NCBI GenBank assembly: GCA_963677485.1
Contig: OY781964.1
Span: 960,001-1,024,000 of the forward strand
Source: Armatimonadota bacterium
GTDB lineage: Bacteria; Armatimonadota; HRBIN16
Reading direction: 5' to 3'
Length of the DNA stretch: 64,000 nucleotides
Every line of letters starts with the position of its first letter. Position 1 is the stretch's first letter. Of the stretch, positions 10,024 to 19,956 are shown one piece after another. Both the position numbers and the translations under genes were made by a program. Under the pieces are notes generated by a model. That model saw nothing but the letters and a program-made list of their open reading frames with translations. It had not been told where the DNA came from and searched no databases.

Positions 10024-10931
10024 ATGCACGTAACCGAGGATGCGTAGTGACCATCGGCTCCTTCGACGGCCTTCACAGAGGCCACCAGGCACTCATCGCG
10101 CGCGCCAACGATTTAGGCATCAAGGCCGGTATGCCCTCGATGGTGCTCAGCTTTGACAGGCACCCAAGCAGCATCCTCTCCAGCCACTCTGTGCCTATCA
10201 TCATGAGCCTGAATGACCGTTACAAGCTGATGTGCGACGCTGGTGCCGATGTGGTAACCATCCTCAAGTTCGATCACGCCTTAGCGGCTGAGCCGGCCCG
10301 TCACTTCGTCAAGCGTGTGCTGGTCGATGACCTGGCGGTACGCTGTGTGGTGGTGGGTAAGGACTTCCGTTTTGGTAAAGTGCGAGAAGGCGACTGCGCG
10401 TTGTTGAAGCAACTGGGTGATGAATATGGCTTCTGTGTAGAGCCGCTGGAGGACATTACATATCTAGGCCGTAGAATGAGCAGCAGCCGTGTCCGACGCG
10501 CGTTGGCGGAAGGCCGATTAACCGATGCCAACGTGATGTTGGGGCGTCCGTTCTTTGTGCGCGGCATGGTTGTGAAGGGGCAGCAGCTAGGACGGGTCAT
10601 TGGGTTTCCTACCGCCAATCTGCAAACACAGCCTGACCAGTGCCTACCAAAATACGGAGTCTATGCTGGCCTGTTCAGCACAGATGATGGGAATTCGCAT
10701 ATCGCAGCGGTGGGTATCGGCATACGACCAACGGTCACAGGGAGCCACTCCCCCACCGTCGAAGCTTACCTACCTGGATTTTCCGGAAACCTGTATGACA
10801 AAGAGGCGTTGTTGAGCCTGCATTACTTCCTGCGGGAAGAGACGAAATTCGACAGCCTGCGCGAGCTGCAGCTTCAGATGCAGCAAGACGTTCACCAGAC
10901 CATGCGCCTCATGAGGGGCGTGGAGGTTTAA
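10020..10931 (+). CDS. ribF: Bifunctional riboflavin kinase/FAD synthetase
   Basis: IGSFDGLHRGH, VGKDFRFG, SSSRVR, GRVIGFPTAN, RPTV. Confidence 0.96.
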   Translation: MNARNRGCVVTIGSFDGLHRGHQALIARANDLGIKAGMPSMVLSFDRHPSSILSSHSVPIIMSLNDRYKLMCDAGADVVTILKFDHALAAEPARHFVKRVLVDDLAVRCVVVGKDFRFGKVREGDCALLKQLGDEYGFCVEPLEDITYLGRRMSSSRVRRALAEGRLTDANVMLGRPFFVRGMVVKGQQLGRVIGFPTANLQTQPDQCLPKYGVYAGLFSTDDGNSHIAAVGIGIRPTVTGSHSPTVEAYLPGFSGNLYDKEALLSLHYFLREETKFDSLRELQLQMQQDVHQTMRLMRGVEV

Positions 10932-10968
10932 GGGCTGACTGACGCCCGAACCCTTGAAAGTAACTTGG

Positions 10969-11135
10969 TTGGCTATGTCCGGGGCGGTCTGACGGTATGC
11001 TGATAATTTCCGCTGTCTTTAGACCGCGCCGGTCTTGTTCCCGAAACCAACCTGAGAGGCTATCCGCCAGACCGGCGCGGTCTCGAGCCTACTGTAACCG
11101 CTAACCTACTCACAGACCGCCCCGGACTCAGCCAA
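10969..11135. repeat. ~167-bp nested palindromic element, copy 2
   Basis: ttggctatgtccggggcggtctg...cagaccgccccggactcagccaa with inner agaccgcgccggtct / agaccggcgcggtct; same orientation as 677-843. Confidence 0.8.
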
Positions 11136-11262
11136 AATAATGGAACGCATCAAGGCTGCCGTGCCAGCACGAGCAACTGCTCTAAATCAAGTCACCAAAT
11201 CAGACCCTGGGTAGATGCCATCTGCCCGCCTACCATAGGTATCGCACACGGTGGCTCAATAC

Positions 11263-11291
11263 GGAAAGAGCAGCCCCTTTCGAGGCTGCTC
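11263..11291 (-). terminator. Probable intrinsic terminator of the SPFH gene
   Basis: gagcagcc-loop-ggctgctc hairpin followed by a short T run on the minus strand. Confidence 0.5.
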
Positions 11292-11304
11292 CTTCTGCAT
11301 GAGA

Positions 11305-13476
11305 CTAGTACGGGCGATTGGGTGATTTACCGCCATTTTGGCGTCCTTCGTCCTTACCCGGCTCTACCTTCGGCTCAGTTTGGGGAACCTCAGGCACGCG
11401 CTTAGGCTCTTCAGCCACGTGAGGCAGGCTTTCAGCGGCCTGCACTTCGGGTTCTGAATTCGCCTGGCTCATGATCTGCTTGGTCAGCTCATCAATGGTC
11501 GCCTGCTCTTCGTCTGGCGTTTTTGGCAGCTCCAGGTCTTTCGCGAACTCCCTGAGCTTCTCCACTGAGAACAGGTTTAGCAGCATGCTGAGCGCATTTG
11601 CCCCACCCTTTTCGCCATCGTTGCCCAGATTGACTGTGGTGACCGGCACCAGCGCCTGCTTTCCAGCTTTGATGGCGTCGGCAAAGGACTGTGCCACCTG
11701 CGCGTAGACCTGGTATTCAGCCCCGCCATAAGCGTTGACCTTCTGCTTTGTGGCGATACCCTCGGCGATACCGATCTTGGCGATCTTCGTCGAGTCCGCG
11801 TTGGCATTCAGAACCGTGGCTTTCGCCTGTGCTTCTGCGGTGATGACCGTTCTAGCTGCGTCCTGAACGGCTTTAGCCTTCTCGGCTTTACCAACGTTCT
11901 CCTCGGTCACGATTCGAATCTCGGAGACAGTCAGTGCGGTTTGCTGGTTGGCGGTAGCCTCAGCCTGTCGTAGCTGCTTCTCTTGCTCCGCTGCTTCACC
12001 CTGACGTTTGTAGGTCAGGATTTTTTCCACAGCGATCTGCCGGTCACGCAACTGGGCATACATGGTCTCGATGCCTTTATCACCGCTTGCCGACCGTGGT
12101 GTGCCGATCAGCACATCATGAAGCTCCAGGTTGTAGTCCGCCAATCGTTCTTTGATCACCTTGAGTGCCTCTTCGCCAAGCTCAGAACGCTGCTGAACCA
12201 ACTGCAGCAAGGTTCTTTTCTGACCAGCGTTCTTGAAGAAGGAGGAGACCATTGGGTCAAGGCTCTGTTCAACCAGCACCTTGATATCGCCAAACTTCTG
12301 AATCAGCTTCGGTGCCTCATCGCAGTTGATGCTCAGCACCACGCTCAACGGCAGCTCTGGTTCGAATGCATCTGAAGTGATGAGCTGCACTGCCGCCAGA
12401 CCGCTGTCATATCCATGAGCTTCGGACGAAGCACTGTCCCACTTCAGCACGAAGTTGGTGGTGGGCACCGAGATCACCTTGGCGGCATCAATATTGATGG
12501 GGTATTTGCCCGGCATCAATGGCTTGCCCCAAATACCGCGTTTGCCATTTTCCACCAGCTTACCGTGGGTATAGTTGTCGCCAGAAATATCCGCGCCTTC
12601 GTCTCCATAGTAGGAGATCACGACACCCACACAACCCACGTTGATCACTGTTTTCGGCTGGAACTCGACAGTCGCAAACAGGCGGTTGATGTAGTATTTG
12701 CCATCAATCAACACCTGGTGCTGCTTACCACGAAGCCCCCCAGCTTTCAGGAACTTCTCCGGGTCCTGGAAGCTGTGATGGTAAGTATCCGGTTCTTTTG
12801 GATTATTACCAACCGTCGGGCAAATGATCTGCTCTTCGGGCGGGTTGGGGCCATCGTTGACAATGACGATACCGACCGCATCGTTGGAACCATCAATCAC
12901 AACCGGCTCGAACCCGCCATCTTTTGTGATCTTCTGGCTCATTTCGTCCATTTCCTTGCGCTCGTCATCGCGTTCGCCCATGGACAGGTAGTGTACTTTT
13001 CCGGAGGTAATCACAGCAAACAACGCGGTGTTGAGCGCATATGTTCCCTCACGCAGAATGCCGCGCTGAGGGCCGCGCTGGCCATTATTGGTCAGGAACT
13101 CCCGAGCATCCATGAAGTTACTGACGACCGATCCGAGAAGCTGCGTGGGCTCTAGCGGTTTTCCGTCGCGGGCGAAAATATACCCTATTTTGCCCTGCGA
13201 TATGGTGATCAGGGGTACTTTATGCACTCTGTACATGAAAGGCGACTTAAAGTGGATGCCGCTACGCAACACGTCCGGCTGATACCCAGCCTCGCCATTC
13301 AGCGCAATGATCGCCTGGTCCAGCGAGCCTTTAGGGGACCACCATTTTTCGACTATTCCAACTTCAGACGGCCGGATAATCCGGATACCTATCAGATTCA
13401 CGATGAGCCATACTGCAACGGCAATTCCTAGAATTACCAGCAGGGGTATTAGCAACTGAGGCAGTGCATTTGGCAT
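11305..13476 (-). CDS. SPFH/band 7 flotillin-like protein (long form)
   Basis: N-terminal TM; EVGIVEK; repeated G-x-Q-x-x-L-x-x-G-x-Y/H units; Ala/Glu coiled coil (AEAQAKA). Confidence 0.85.
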   Translation of the reverse strand: MPNALPQLLIPLLVILGIAVAVWLIVNLIGIRIIRPSEVGIVEKWWSPKGSLDQAIIALNGEAGYQPDVLRSGIHFKSPFMYRVHKVPLITISQGKIGYIFARDGKPLEPTQLLGSVVSNFMDAREFLTNNGQRGPQRGILREGTYALNTALFAVITSGKVHYLSMGERDDERKEMDEMSQKITKDGGFEPVVIDGSNDAVGIVIVNDGPNPPEEQIICPTVGNNPKEPDTYHHSFQDPEKFLKAGGLRGKQHQVLIDGKYYINRLFATVEFQPKTVINVGCVGVVISYYGDEGADISGDNYTHGKLVENGKRGIWGKPLMPGKYPINIDAAKVISVPTTNFVLKWDSASSEAHGYDSGLAAVQLITSDAFEPELPLSVVLSINCDEAPKLIQKFGDIKVLVEQSLDPMVSSFFKNAGQKRTLLQLVQQRSELGEEALKVIKERLADYNLELHDVLIGTPRSASGDKGIETMYAQLRDRQIAVEKILTYKRQGEAAEQEKQLRQAEATANQQTALTVSEIRIVTEENVGKAEKAKAVQDAARTVITAEAQAKATVLNANADSTKIAKIGIAEGIATKQKVNAYGGAEYQVYAQVAQSFADAIKAGKQALVPVTTVNLGNDGEKGGANALSMLLNLFSVEKLREFAKDLELPKTPDEEQATIDELTKQIMSQANSEPEVQAAESLPHVAEEPKRVPEVPQTEPKVEPGKDEGRQNGGKSPNRPY

Positions 13477-13700
13477 AATTTACGGTTCCTCCATATGGCG
13501 ATTGGTCTACGAAGTCGGTGCGTAACACTCACATAAGGGAGCCGTTTTGCAACCCCTTATCTACCTCCATCACTTTGCCAAAGTTTGGAGACGTTACCAT
13601 CTACACACAATATACCACCAATCGTCGGTAGTTCATAGTGGTGAAACGCAGATAAATGTGGGAGCCCCGCTCCTGTGTTTAAAGCAGCCGGTTCTGTAGT

Positions 13701-13783
13701 TGATCCGGTCGTAGAGTTGACCTTTGTGGTCATCCGCAAGCGTTGGTGATCCCGTCGTAGGGATGACCCTAGTGGTCATCCGC
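13701..13783 (+). repeat. Tandem pair of GTAG-type REP-like palindromes
   Basis: gtagagttgacctttgtggtcatccgc (13711) and gtagggatgaccctagtggtcatccgc (13757), 46-bp period; same family as 34987-35013. Confidence 0.7.
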
Positions 13784-13910
13784 GGTCGTTCAGAAGAAAA
13801 TGATGACGGCAATAAAAGACTCATGCGTTACAACAAGGGGCGAAGTCATATACTCGGTATAGCAGGCTGAAAGTCAGCTTTGACTGTAAACAAAGGGTGG
13901 ATCGAAATAA

Positions 13911-14363
13911 CTACGAGACACTATCCTCGAGAAATGCCTGGCAGATGTCGATCCGGCTGATAATTCCTGTCAGCCGACCATCTGAGGTGACGGGTAGACG
14001 TTTCACCTTCTTCGCAAGCATCAGAGCGGCCGCTTCAAGCACATCATCGGTCTCTTCAACCATCACCATGGTCTTGCTCATCGCCTGCTGCACCTTCATT
14101 TCACGCACGATATTCACGCGCTGTTCGATGTCTTGCAGGCTTTCCCTGTATTGCTCGCTGTCAGGGTTATCACCGGGGGCAGGCAAAAGCTCACGGATAA
14201 TATCGTGTTCTGTAATAACACCAACTAGCTGGTTCCTGTTATCTACAACCGGAAGACCGCTCACTTGGTATAGGTCCATGCGGTCGACAGCGTCCCGAAG
14301 TGTATCGTCAGGTGACACGGTGACCAGTTGGGAGTGCATCAGATCAACAACACGCATCTGCAA
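13911..14363 (-). CDS. CBS domain pair protein
   Basis: VTVSPDDTL, SGLPVVD, GVITEHDI, KRLPV, GIISRIDI. Confidence 0.9.
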   Translation of the reverse strand: MQMRVVDLMHSQLVTVSPDDTLRDAVDRMDLYQVSGLPVVDNRNQLVGVITEHDIIRELLPAPGDNPDSEQYRESLQDIEQRVNIVREMKVQQAMSKTMVMVEETDDVLEAAALMLAKKVKRLPVTSDGRLTGIISRIDICQAFLEDSVS

Positions 14364-14497
14364 GTCTCCTGCTTTTTATTTTATGTTTCAATATCAATTG
14401 TACACGGATGTATGCCTGCCATGCGAACGCTGCACATTAACCGTGTATTATCGGCTGTAGATAACTGCTCCACCAGCCTGGCTTCAGCTAGCACATA

Positions 14498-15325
14498 TCA
14501 AGCAGTCATTCGCCGTCGAACCGCCACGGTGCCGATGAACCCGAACAGCAACAGAATTGATGAGGGCTCAGCGCCTGATAGAGCCTGCTGATTGACGATG
14601 CCGATATCCACTGCGAAAAGCACATCGTTCATGTCCTTATCACCCTGGTTCATAGTGTCCTCAAATCCGAAGAGCAGGAAGGGACTATTGGGCACCGCAA
14701 ACGCGACCATATGCTGCTTCTTATCGGGGTTCAAGTTCGCGTGTCCCGTATATGTGCCGTACTGGCTTGAACCTGCACCATTTGCGATGGTGAAGAAATC
14801 AAGGTAGGTGCCAGCATCAAACCTACCCAGGTTGACAAAGTCACCAGGTATCAAGGGATTGTTAGCACTTCGCACATTGGCCCAGGTAGAGACATCAGGG
14901 AATATGATTTTGCTATCGGATTTTGGCGTCACTGCGCCACCCGTCGTATTGAAGCCTAAAGTATTACTAAATCCGGCACCCTCTCCTACGAAATAGATGC
15001 GCACATCAGCCTGAGTGGCCAGCTTCAATGCTGAGGGATCAACTGAAGCCACCCCAGTGTTGTTCACCTTTTCGGGCAGCATTTTTTGGCAGAATGCCTC
15101 AAGCAGGGGTAGTGAATTCGTTTTAAATTCGGCCGACTTTTGGTCTGATCCACCCACCATCACAGGAGCCACAATGTCGAGGCCCATAGGCCGAGCAGGG
15201 CTCTGTATCGGGGACATGGTGCCGGATGTTTGTAGTGCCGCATGAGCTAAAATGGAACCGGCAATCAAGAAGGCCATGAACGCCAGCTTCATTACAACTA
15301 GTTCATCCATTTCGATCTCTCTCAT
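14498..15325 (-). CDS. DUF4114-domain secreted protein with variant PEP-CTERM tail (paralog 1)
   Basis: Signal peptide; FGFEDTMNQGDKDMNDVLFAVD; C-terminus GAEPSSILLL-TM-RRR; AGGAGG RBS. Confidence 0.8.
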   Translation of the reverse strand: MREIEMDELVVMKLAFMAFLIAGSILAHAALQTSGTMSPIQSPARPMGLDIVAPVMVGGSDQKSAEFKTNSLPLLEAFCQKMLPEKVNNTGVASVDPSALKLATQADVRIYFVGEGAGFSNTLGFNTTGGAVTPKSDSKIIFPDVSTWANVRSANNPLIPGDFVNLGRFDAGTYLDFFTIANGAGSSQYGTYTGHANLNPDKKQHMVAFAVPNSPFLLFGFEDTMNQGDKDMNDVLFAVDIGIVNQQALSGAEPSSILLLFGFIGTVAVRRRMTA

Positions 15326-15498
15326 GTACCATACCTCCTGAAATAGTCGGATTATAGTAAAAAGCCATAATATGACCTACATTGTAATATTAGTGTACCT
15401 GTATGTTGGAGTTGTTTGATAGCCAGTAGGATTCATCATGCAGTAGGCTCCAGCTACAAAACTAGGCTGGAGCCAGATGCCTACAACGGTCGAACTGC

Positions 15499-16338
15499 TT
15501 AAGCGTGCGCTACAGCAGTTTTACGTCGCCGAGCAGCTATAGTTGTGGTGAGGAAACCAGCCATCAGAAGCATTGTTCCTGGTTCGGAACCTGCAAGTGA
15601 TTCTTGGTTGGCCTTGCCAATGTCAACAGCAAACAGCACGTCATTGAAGTCGTTGTCGCCACCATTCATGGTGTCTTCAAATCCAATCAATAAGAACGGG
15701 CTGCTTGGTAATGCAAAGGCGACCATATGCTGTCGCTGATCGGGGTTAAGTAGAGGGTGCGCCGTAAAAACACTAGACCCATTGTTAGCACCATTTGAGA
15801 TGGTGAAGAAGTCCAATGTAGTACCAGCATCGTAGCGCCCCAAGTTGACAAAGTCGCCTGGAAGCAAAGGACTACTGGCATTACGCACGGTACCTGTGGT
15901 TGTGACGTCGGGGAAGATGAGCTTACTATCGGAAGAGGGCGTAACGGCCCCACCCGTTGTATTGAAACCAAGGGTGTTCCTATAACCAGCAAGTTCACCG
16001 ACGAAATAGACGCGGACATCGGCCTGAGTTGCAAGCGTCAAAGCCGATGGATCGATGGATGTCACCGAGGTGTTATTGTAACCTTCACCAAGGTTCTGCT
16101 GGATGAACGCCTGCAGCGAGGGCAGGCTCGCACTCTGAAAATCACTGGCTTTCTGATCAGACCCGCCAACCATCACCGGATCCACAATATTCAAGCCTAA
16201 TGGTCGAGCGGGGCTTTGGTAAGAAGCCGCCTCACCATCTGTCTGAAGTGATGCTTGAGCCGATGCGGTTGTTAACGTCATGATAGAAATGGCAGTGATG
16301 CCAAGAGCAAGGTGAAGTAGCGTCGCGGCTGTCTTCAT
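15499..16338 (-). CDS. DUF4114-domain secreted protein with variant PEP-CTERM tail (paralog 2)
   Basis: IGFEDTMNGGDNDFNDVLFAVD; GSEPGTMLLM-TM-RRRK; start after AGGAGG. Confidence 0.8.
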   Translation of the reverse strand: MKTAATLLHLALGITAISIMTLTTASAQASLQTDGEAASYQSPARPLGLNIVDPVMVGGSDQKASDFQSASLPSLQAFIQQNLGEGYNNTSVTSIDPSALTLATQADVRVYFVGELAGYRNTLGFNTTGGAVTPSSDSKLIFPDVTTTGTVRNASSPLLPGDFVNLGRYDAGTTLDFFTISNGANNGSSVFTAHPLLNPDQRQHMVAFALPSSPFLLIGFEDTMNGGDNDFNDVLFAVDIGKANQESLAGSEPGTMLLMAGFLTTTIAARRRKTAVAHA

Positions 16339-16514
16339 TGTCGTCCTCCTAAGATGGGTGTTGTAGGCGTTTAAATTATACCTGTAGATTTCGATATCAA
16401 GGTAATTCAACATCATATATGCTCACCTATTAAGACATCCCATCTTGAGTTGTTGACCAATACCGCAAACCCTGTATAATTTTGCTGAACAGCAATTTGA
16501 GCGGGAGGCGATTT

Positions 16515-17540
16515 ATGAATATCTTTTTGCGTGTATTACCGTACCTCGTAGGCGCGTGGTTATTATATGGCCTGATACGTATGGCCGCATCAAAACGCCG
16601 TTGGGCAGTCTACTACTCGGTCTTGACTGATGACACGCAGCTTCTTGATGCACAGCTCGCAAAGGGCACATCGCCCAACTGCCGCACGAGGGATGGCCGT
16701 ACACCGCTGATGCTGGCCGCCGCCATGGGACGCACGGAGGCCTGCCGCGTGTTGATAAAACACGAAGCCCGACTGGGTGACACCATGCGCCTTTGCCGCA
16801 CTACCCTTGGGGGCGTGGGTGACTACGGCACGGCACTGCACCTGGCGGCGTTCTGCGGCCATCCTGAGACGGTTAAGGAGCTGCTCAAAGCACCTGACCA
16901 TCTGCAGGCACTAGCCACACCAGATGAGCGTGGGTGTACCCCGCTGGCCATCGCCTCGCTGATAGGCTACCCGGAATTGATCAAGCCGATGGTCAAGGGC
17001 GGTGCAGAGACTGACCCTCGAGACCGAGCCCAACTCACACCGCTTATGGCTGTCTGCGCTGCCAACTACCATAACATCCAGATGCTCCGTGCGTTGGTAT
17101 ATGATCAGGCGAAACTCAAGATCGCTCTGCCCGTAAAAGCTCCTGTTCATTTTATGCTAGCCGACAGCGGTTGGATGCCCGGCAAAGCCAGCGTTCTTGT
17201 CTACGGTTCTCGTCTCTGGTTTCCCTTCCTCAGCACACGCATGCATATGCCCTCACCCAAAGCTGCATGGGAGGATCGCCTGCTTGAGGCTGCAAAAATA
17301 TTGATTGAATGCAAGGCCGATGTGAACGCAGTTGACGAAAAGGGCCGTTCTCCGCTCATTCTGGCCGCCATGATGGGACGCAAGCCGTTCTGTGACTTGC
17401 TCCTGGCGAATGGTGCTGACCCAAAGCAGGCCGATGCCGAGGGGCATACATACGACCAGTTCCTGAAAGCGGAGCTTCAACCCAAACCCGTATCCCCGAA
17501 AGTCGAGGCGCGGCTTCGGGAGTTGGGTATGTGGGAGTAA
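16515..17540 (+). CDS. Membrane-anchored ankyrin repeat protein
   Basis: N-terminal TM; GRTPLMLAA, TALHLAA, GCTPLAIAS, GRSPLILAA repeats. Confidence 0.9.
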   Translation: MNIFLRVLPYLVGAWLLYGLIRMAASKRRWAVYYSVLTDDTQLLDAQLAKGTSPNCRTRDGRTPLMLAAAMGRTEACRVLIKHEARLGDTMRLCRTTLGGVGDYGTALHLAAFCGHPETVKELLKAPDHLQALATPDERGCTPLAIASLIGYPELIKPMVKGGAETDPRDRAQLTPLMAVCAANYHNIQMLRALVYDQAKLKIALPVKAPVHFMLADSGWMPGKASVLVYGSRLWFPFLSTRMHMPSPKAAWEDRLLEAAKILIECKADVNAVDEKGRSPLILAAMMGRKPFCDLLLANGADPKQADAEGHTYDQFLKAELQPKPVSPKVEARLRELGMWE

Positions 17541-17541
17541 C

Positions 17542-17579
17542 AAAAAAACAGAGACGGGGAGCGGTCTTGGCTCCCCGTC
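17542..17579 (-). terminator. Intrinsic terminator between convergent genes
   Basis: gacggggagc-loop-gctccccgtc hairpin with a T7 tract on the minus strand. Confidence 0.6.
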
Positions 17580-17637
17580 CCACTTCCGTCTGATAGGTTC
17601 GGTTTTCGGTGTGTCTCACGTGGTATCCGTTATTGGC

Positions 17638-18513
17638 TTACGCGGTTAGCATGGCTCGCTTTTTGTTTCGCAGGTTCAGCGCAACAGGAGTGAGCATTCC
17701 AGCGATCATGAGGATGGTTCCTGGCTCAGTGCCAGCCATCGCATCATGGTTTGCCTGGCCGATATCAACGGCAAACAGGTTGTCGTTGAGTTCGCCCTTA
17801 TAGGCACCGCTGGAGTCTTCGAAGCCGATCATGATCAAGGAGCTGTTAGGCACCAGATAGCTGACCATGTGCGGCATCTTGTCCGGATTCATTTCTGCTA
17901 CTGAACCAAATATCCCCTTATTCTTGCCGGAGTTGTTCGCTCCGTCGGAAACCAGGAAAAAGTCCAGCAGACTGCCGGAATCACGCTTACCGATATTGAC
18001 AAAATCGCCTGGCAGCAAAGGATTGTTCTGACCTGGACCCCGTTTGTTATGGTTCGTTTGCACGTTACTAAACACGTAGGCAGCGTCAGCTCCAATTGTA
18101 CCGGAGTCAGATCCGTCAACACCCAACATGTTTTGGTAGCCGGTCTTCTCATCTACAAAGTAGACGCGAACATCGGCGGCTGTTGAAAGCACCAGTTTGG
18201 AAGGATCGAGCTTGATGTAGCCGCTATCAGGCGACAGGTTGCCGATGCTTCCCTTGATGAATTCGCTCAGCTTAGGCAGTTGGGTCTCCTGGAAGTTCTT
18301 CGAAGCCTCATCTGCGCCGAAATACTGCAGCGAGCCCGCTGAAGGAAGATCAGGAGTTGGCGTTTGATCAACCTTTGACGAGCTATATTCCATTTCCTGA
18401 GTGATATCTAGTTCACTTTCGGAAATAGAAGCTAATGACGGTACAGATGCCAGAACCATTAGGGACACCGAAAGACCGATCAGACTTGTTTGCAGCGTCT
18501 TGGCTGTGAACAT
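17638..18513 (-). CDS. DUF4114-domain secreted protein with variant PEP-CTERM tail (paralog 3)
   Basis: DVRVYFV, PLLPGDFVNIG, IGFED, NDNLFAVDIG; GTEPGTILMI-TM-RNKKR; GAGGAGG RBS. Confidence 0.78.
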   Translation of the reverse strand: MFTAKTLQTSLIGLSVSLMVLASVPSLASISESELDITQEMEYSSSKVDQTPTPDLPSAGSLQYFGADEASKNFQETQLPKLSEFIKGSIGNLSPDSGYIKLDPSKLVLSTAADVRVYFVDEKTGYQNMLGVDGSDSGTIGADAAYVFSNVQTNHNKRGPGQNNPLLPGDFVNIGKRDSGSLLDFFLVSDGANNSGKNKGIFGSVAEMNPDKMPHMVSYLVPNSSLIMIGFEDSSGAYKGELNDNLFAVDIGQANHDAMAGTEPGTILMIAGMLTPVALNLRNKKRAMLTA

Positions 18514-18675
18514 GGTGGGTTCCTCCTCGCAAATGGGATTGCCATATTGCAGTTTAATTGTACCCAGATTCCGGTCGGCATACAGCCCCGTTTCACTCGT
18601 TTCAACATGCTTTTCATAGCACATCATATAATGCAAGCCTGCAGAGGATGCCTTACCCGAAATGTTCTGTGAAAA

Positions 18676-19845
18676 CTATACCCGCCAGCTTGTGATGTTC
18701 TGAGTATGGCCGTCCTCATACATGAAGTAGTATCCCAGAACGCTCCATCCCCAGAATGGGTTCAATCCGCAGCCCTCTCCCGTTTCGCTGTTATACCATT
18801 CACGGCTGCCAGACTTCTGCATCATCGCCTCAGTGCGGTATGCCACTGCCGTAGCGATCTGGTCGTAACCGTACTGCCGCACACCGTGGTAAACGATGTA
18901 GTTCGAAGGGATCCAAGTGTTCGCCCGCCAGTTACAGCCCAGGTCATTGGGCAGCGTCGTCTGGCTATACCCGGGTTCACTCTTGGCCATCACAGCCGGT
19001 GCCCATGCCGTCCAGAACTCTTCACCGTTCATGAGGTGCTCGTAGACCATGCGTTTTGCTCGCTCCGGGGTAGCCACATTGGCCCATAACGCGGCAAAGA
19101 TATTGATGTATTTGACTTTGATCAACTCACCGGTCTGCACGTTCATGTCATAATACAGGCCGTCTTCTTCACACCAGAGCAGCTCGTTGATCTTCTGTGC
19201 CAGCTCATCAGCTTTGGCGGAGTAATGCGCCGAATCAGCGGGCTCTCCCAGGCTCTCAGCCAGACTGGCAAATGCCCGAAGCTCACGAACCAGGAAGCAG
19301 TTCAGGTCAACCCCCTTGCTGATGCGGTCCTTCCACCAGCCTGCCCGCTCGTGCTGATTATCCATGCCGGTGTGAGGTGCACTCATCCATTCGGCCAGAC
19401 CATTGCCCGTGCTGTCCATGTTCACCAGCCAATAGTCCAAATACCGCTTCAAGCGTTGGTAATAGTGGTCGGTGATCCATGAGGTCTCGCCGTAGTAGTC
19501 ACGCACCAGCACCGCACTTTGAGCCAGGAACGGTTTGACGTGCTCAGGGTCGTGATATTCATTGCTGGGCACGCTGCGGCTGATCAGACCATCTTCGCGC
19601 ATATGGTCGAGGAAGATCGTGATGCCGTTGATGATATACTTGGCATCCCAGCCCATGTAGACCTGGACGATCGCCTCAAAATACTGGTCCCAGTCATATA
19701 ACGTTTTGTAATCATAGCCTGTAAAGTAGTCGCGGTCGGTGTCTGGGTCATGTTGGATACCAGCCTTCATCAGTGCTTCCACATCGGCGATGCGGGACTG
19801 GATGGCTTTGAGTTCTTGCGGGTTTTGCAGCATGCGGCGTGACAT
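18676..19845 (-). CDS. Trehalase/GH63 (MGH1-like) six-hairpin glycoside hydrolase
   Basis: LYDWDQYF, TGMDN, VDLNCFL, LWCEEDGLYYD, NWRANTW, EWYNSETGEG, FWGWS. Confidence 0.8.
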   Translation of the reverse strand: MSRRMLQNPQELKAIQSRIADVEALMKAGIQHDPDTDRDYFTGYDYKTLYDWDQYFEAIVQVYMGWDAKYIINGITIFLDHMREDGLISRSVPSNEYHDPEHVKPFLAQSAVLVRDYYGETSWITDHYYQRLKRYLDYWLVNMDSTGNGLAEWMSAPHTGMDNQHERAGWWKDRISKGVDLNCFLVRELRAFASLAESLGEPADSAHYSAKADELAQKINELLWCEEDGLYYDMNVQTGELIKVKYINIFAALWANVATPERAKRMVYEHLMNGEEFWTAWAPAVMAKSEPGYSQTTLPNDLGCNWRANTWIPSNYIVYHGVRQYGYDQIATAVAYRTEAMMQKSGSREWYNSETGEGCGLNPFWGWSVLGYYFMYEDGHTQNITSWRV

Positions 19846-19956
19846 AATAGTGCTCCTCACAGAAATGCCTTAGGCGTGTGGTCTTCGTGACACATATATT
19901 CTGACACACAGGCCTGGCTGGTGTCAGCCGCCGTGGTATACCCACAGCGGTGGGTG

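Noticed and set aside
13557-13824. Short ORFs upstream of the SPFH gene
   Set aside because: They overlap REP palindromes and the promoter region; no coding signal.
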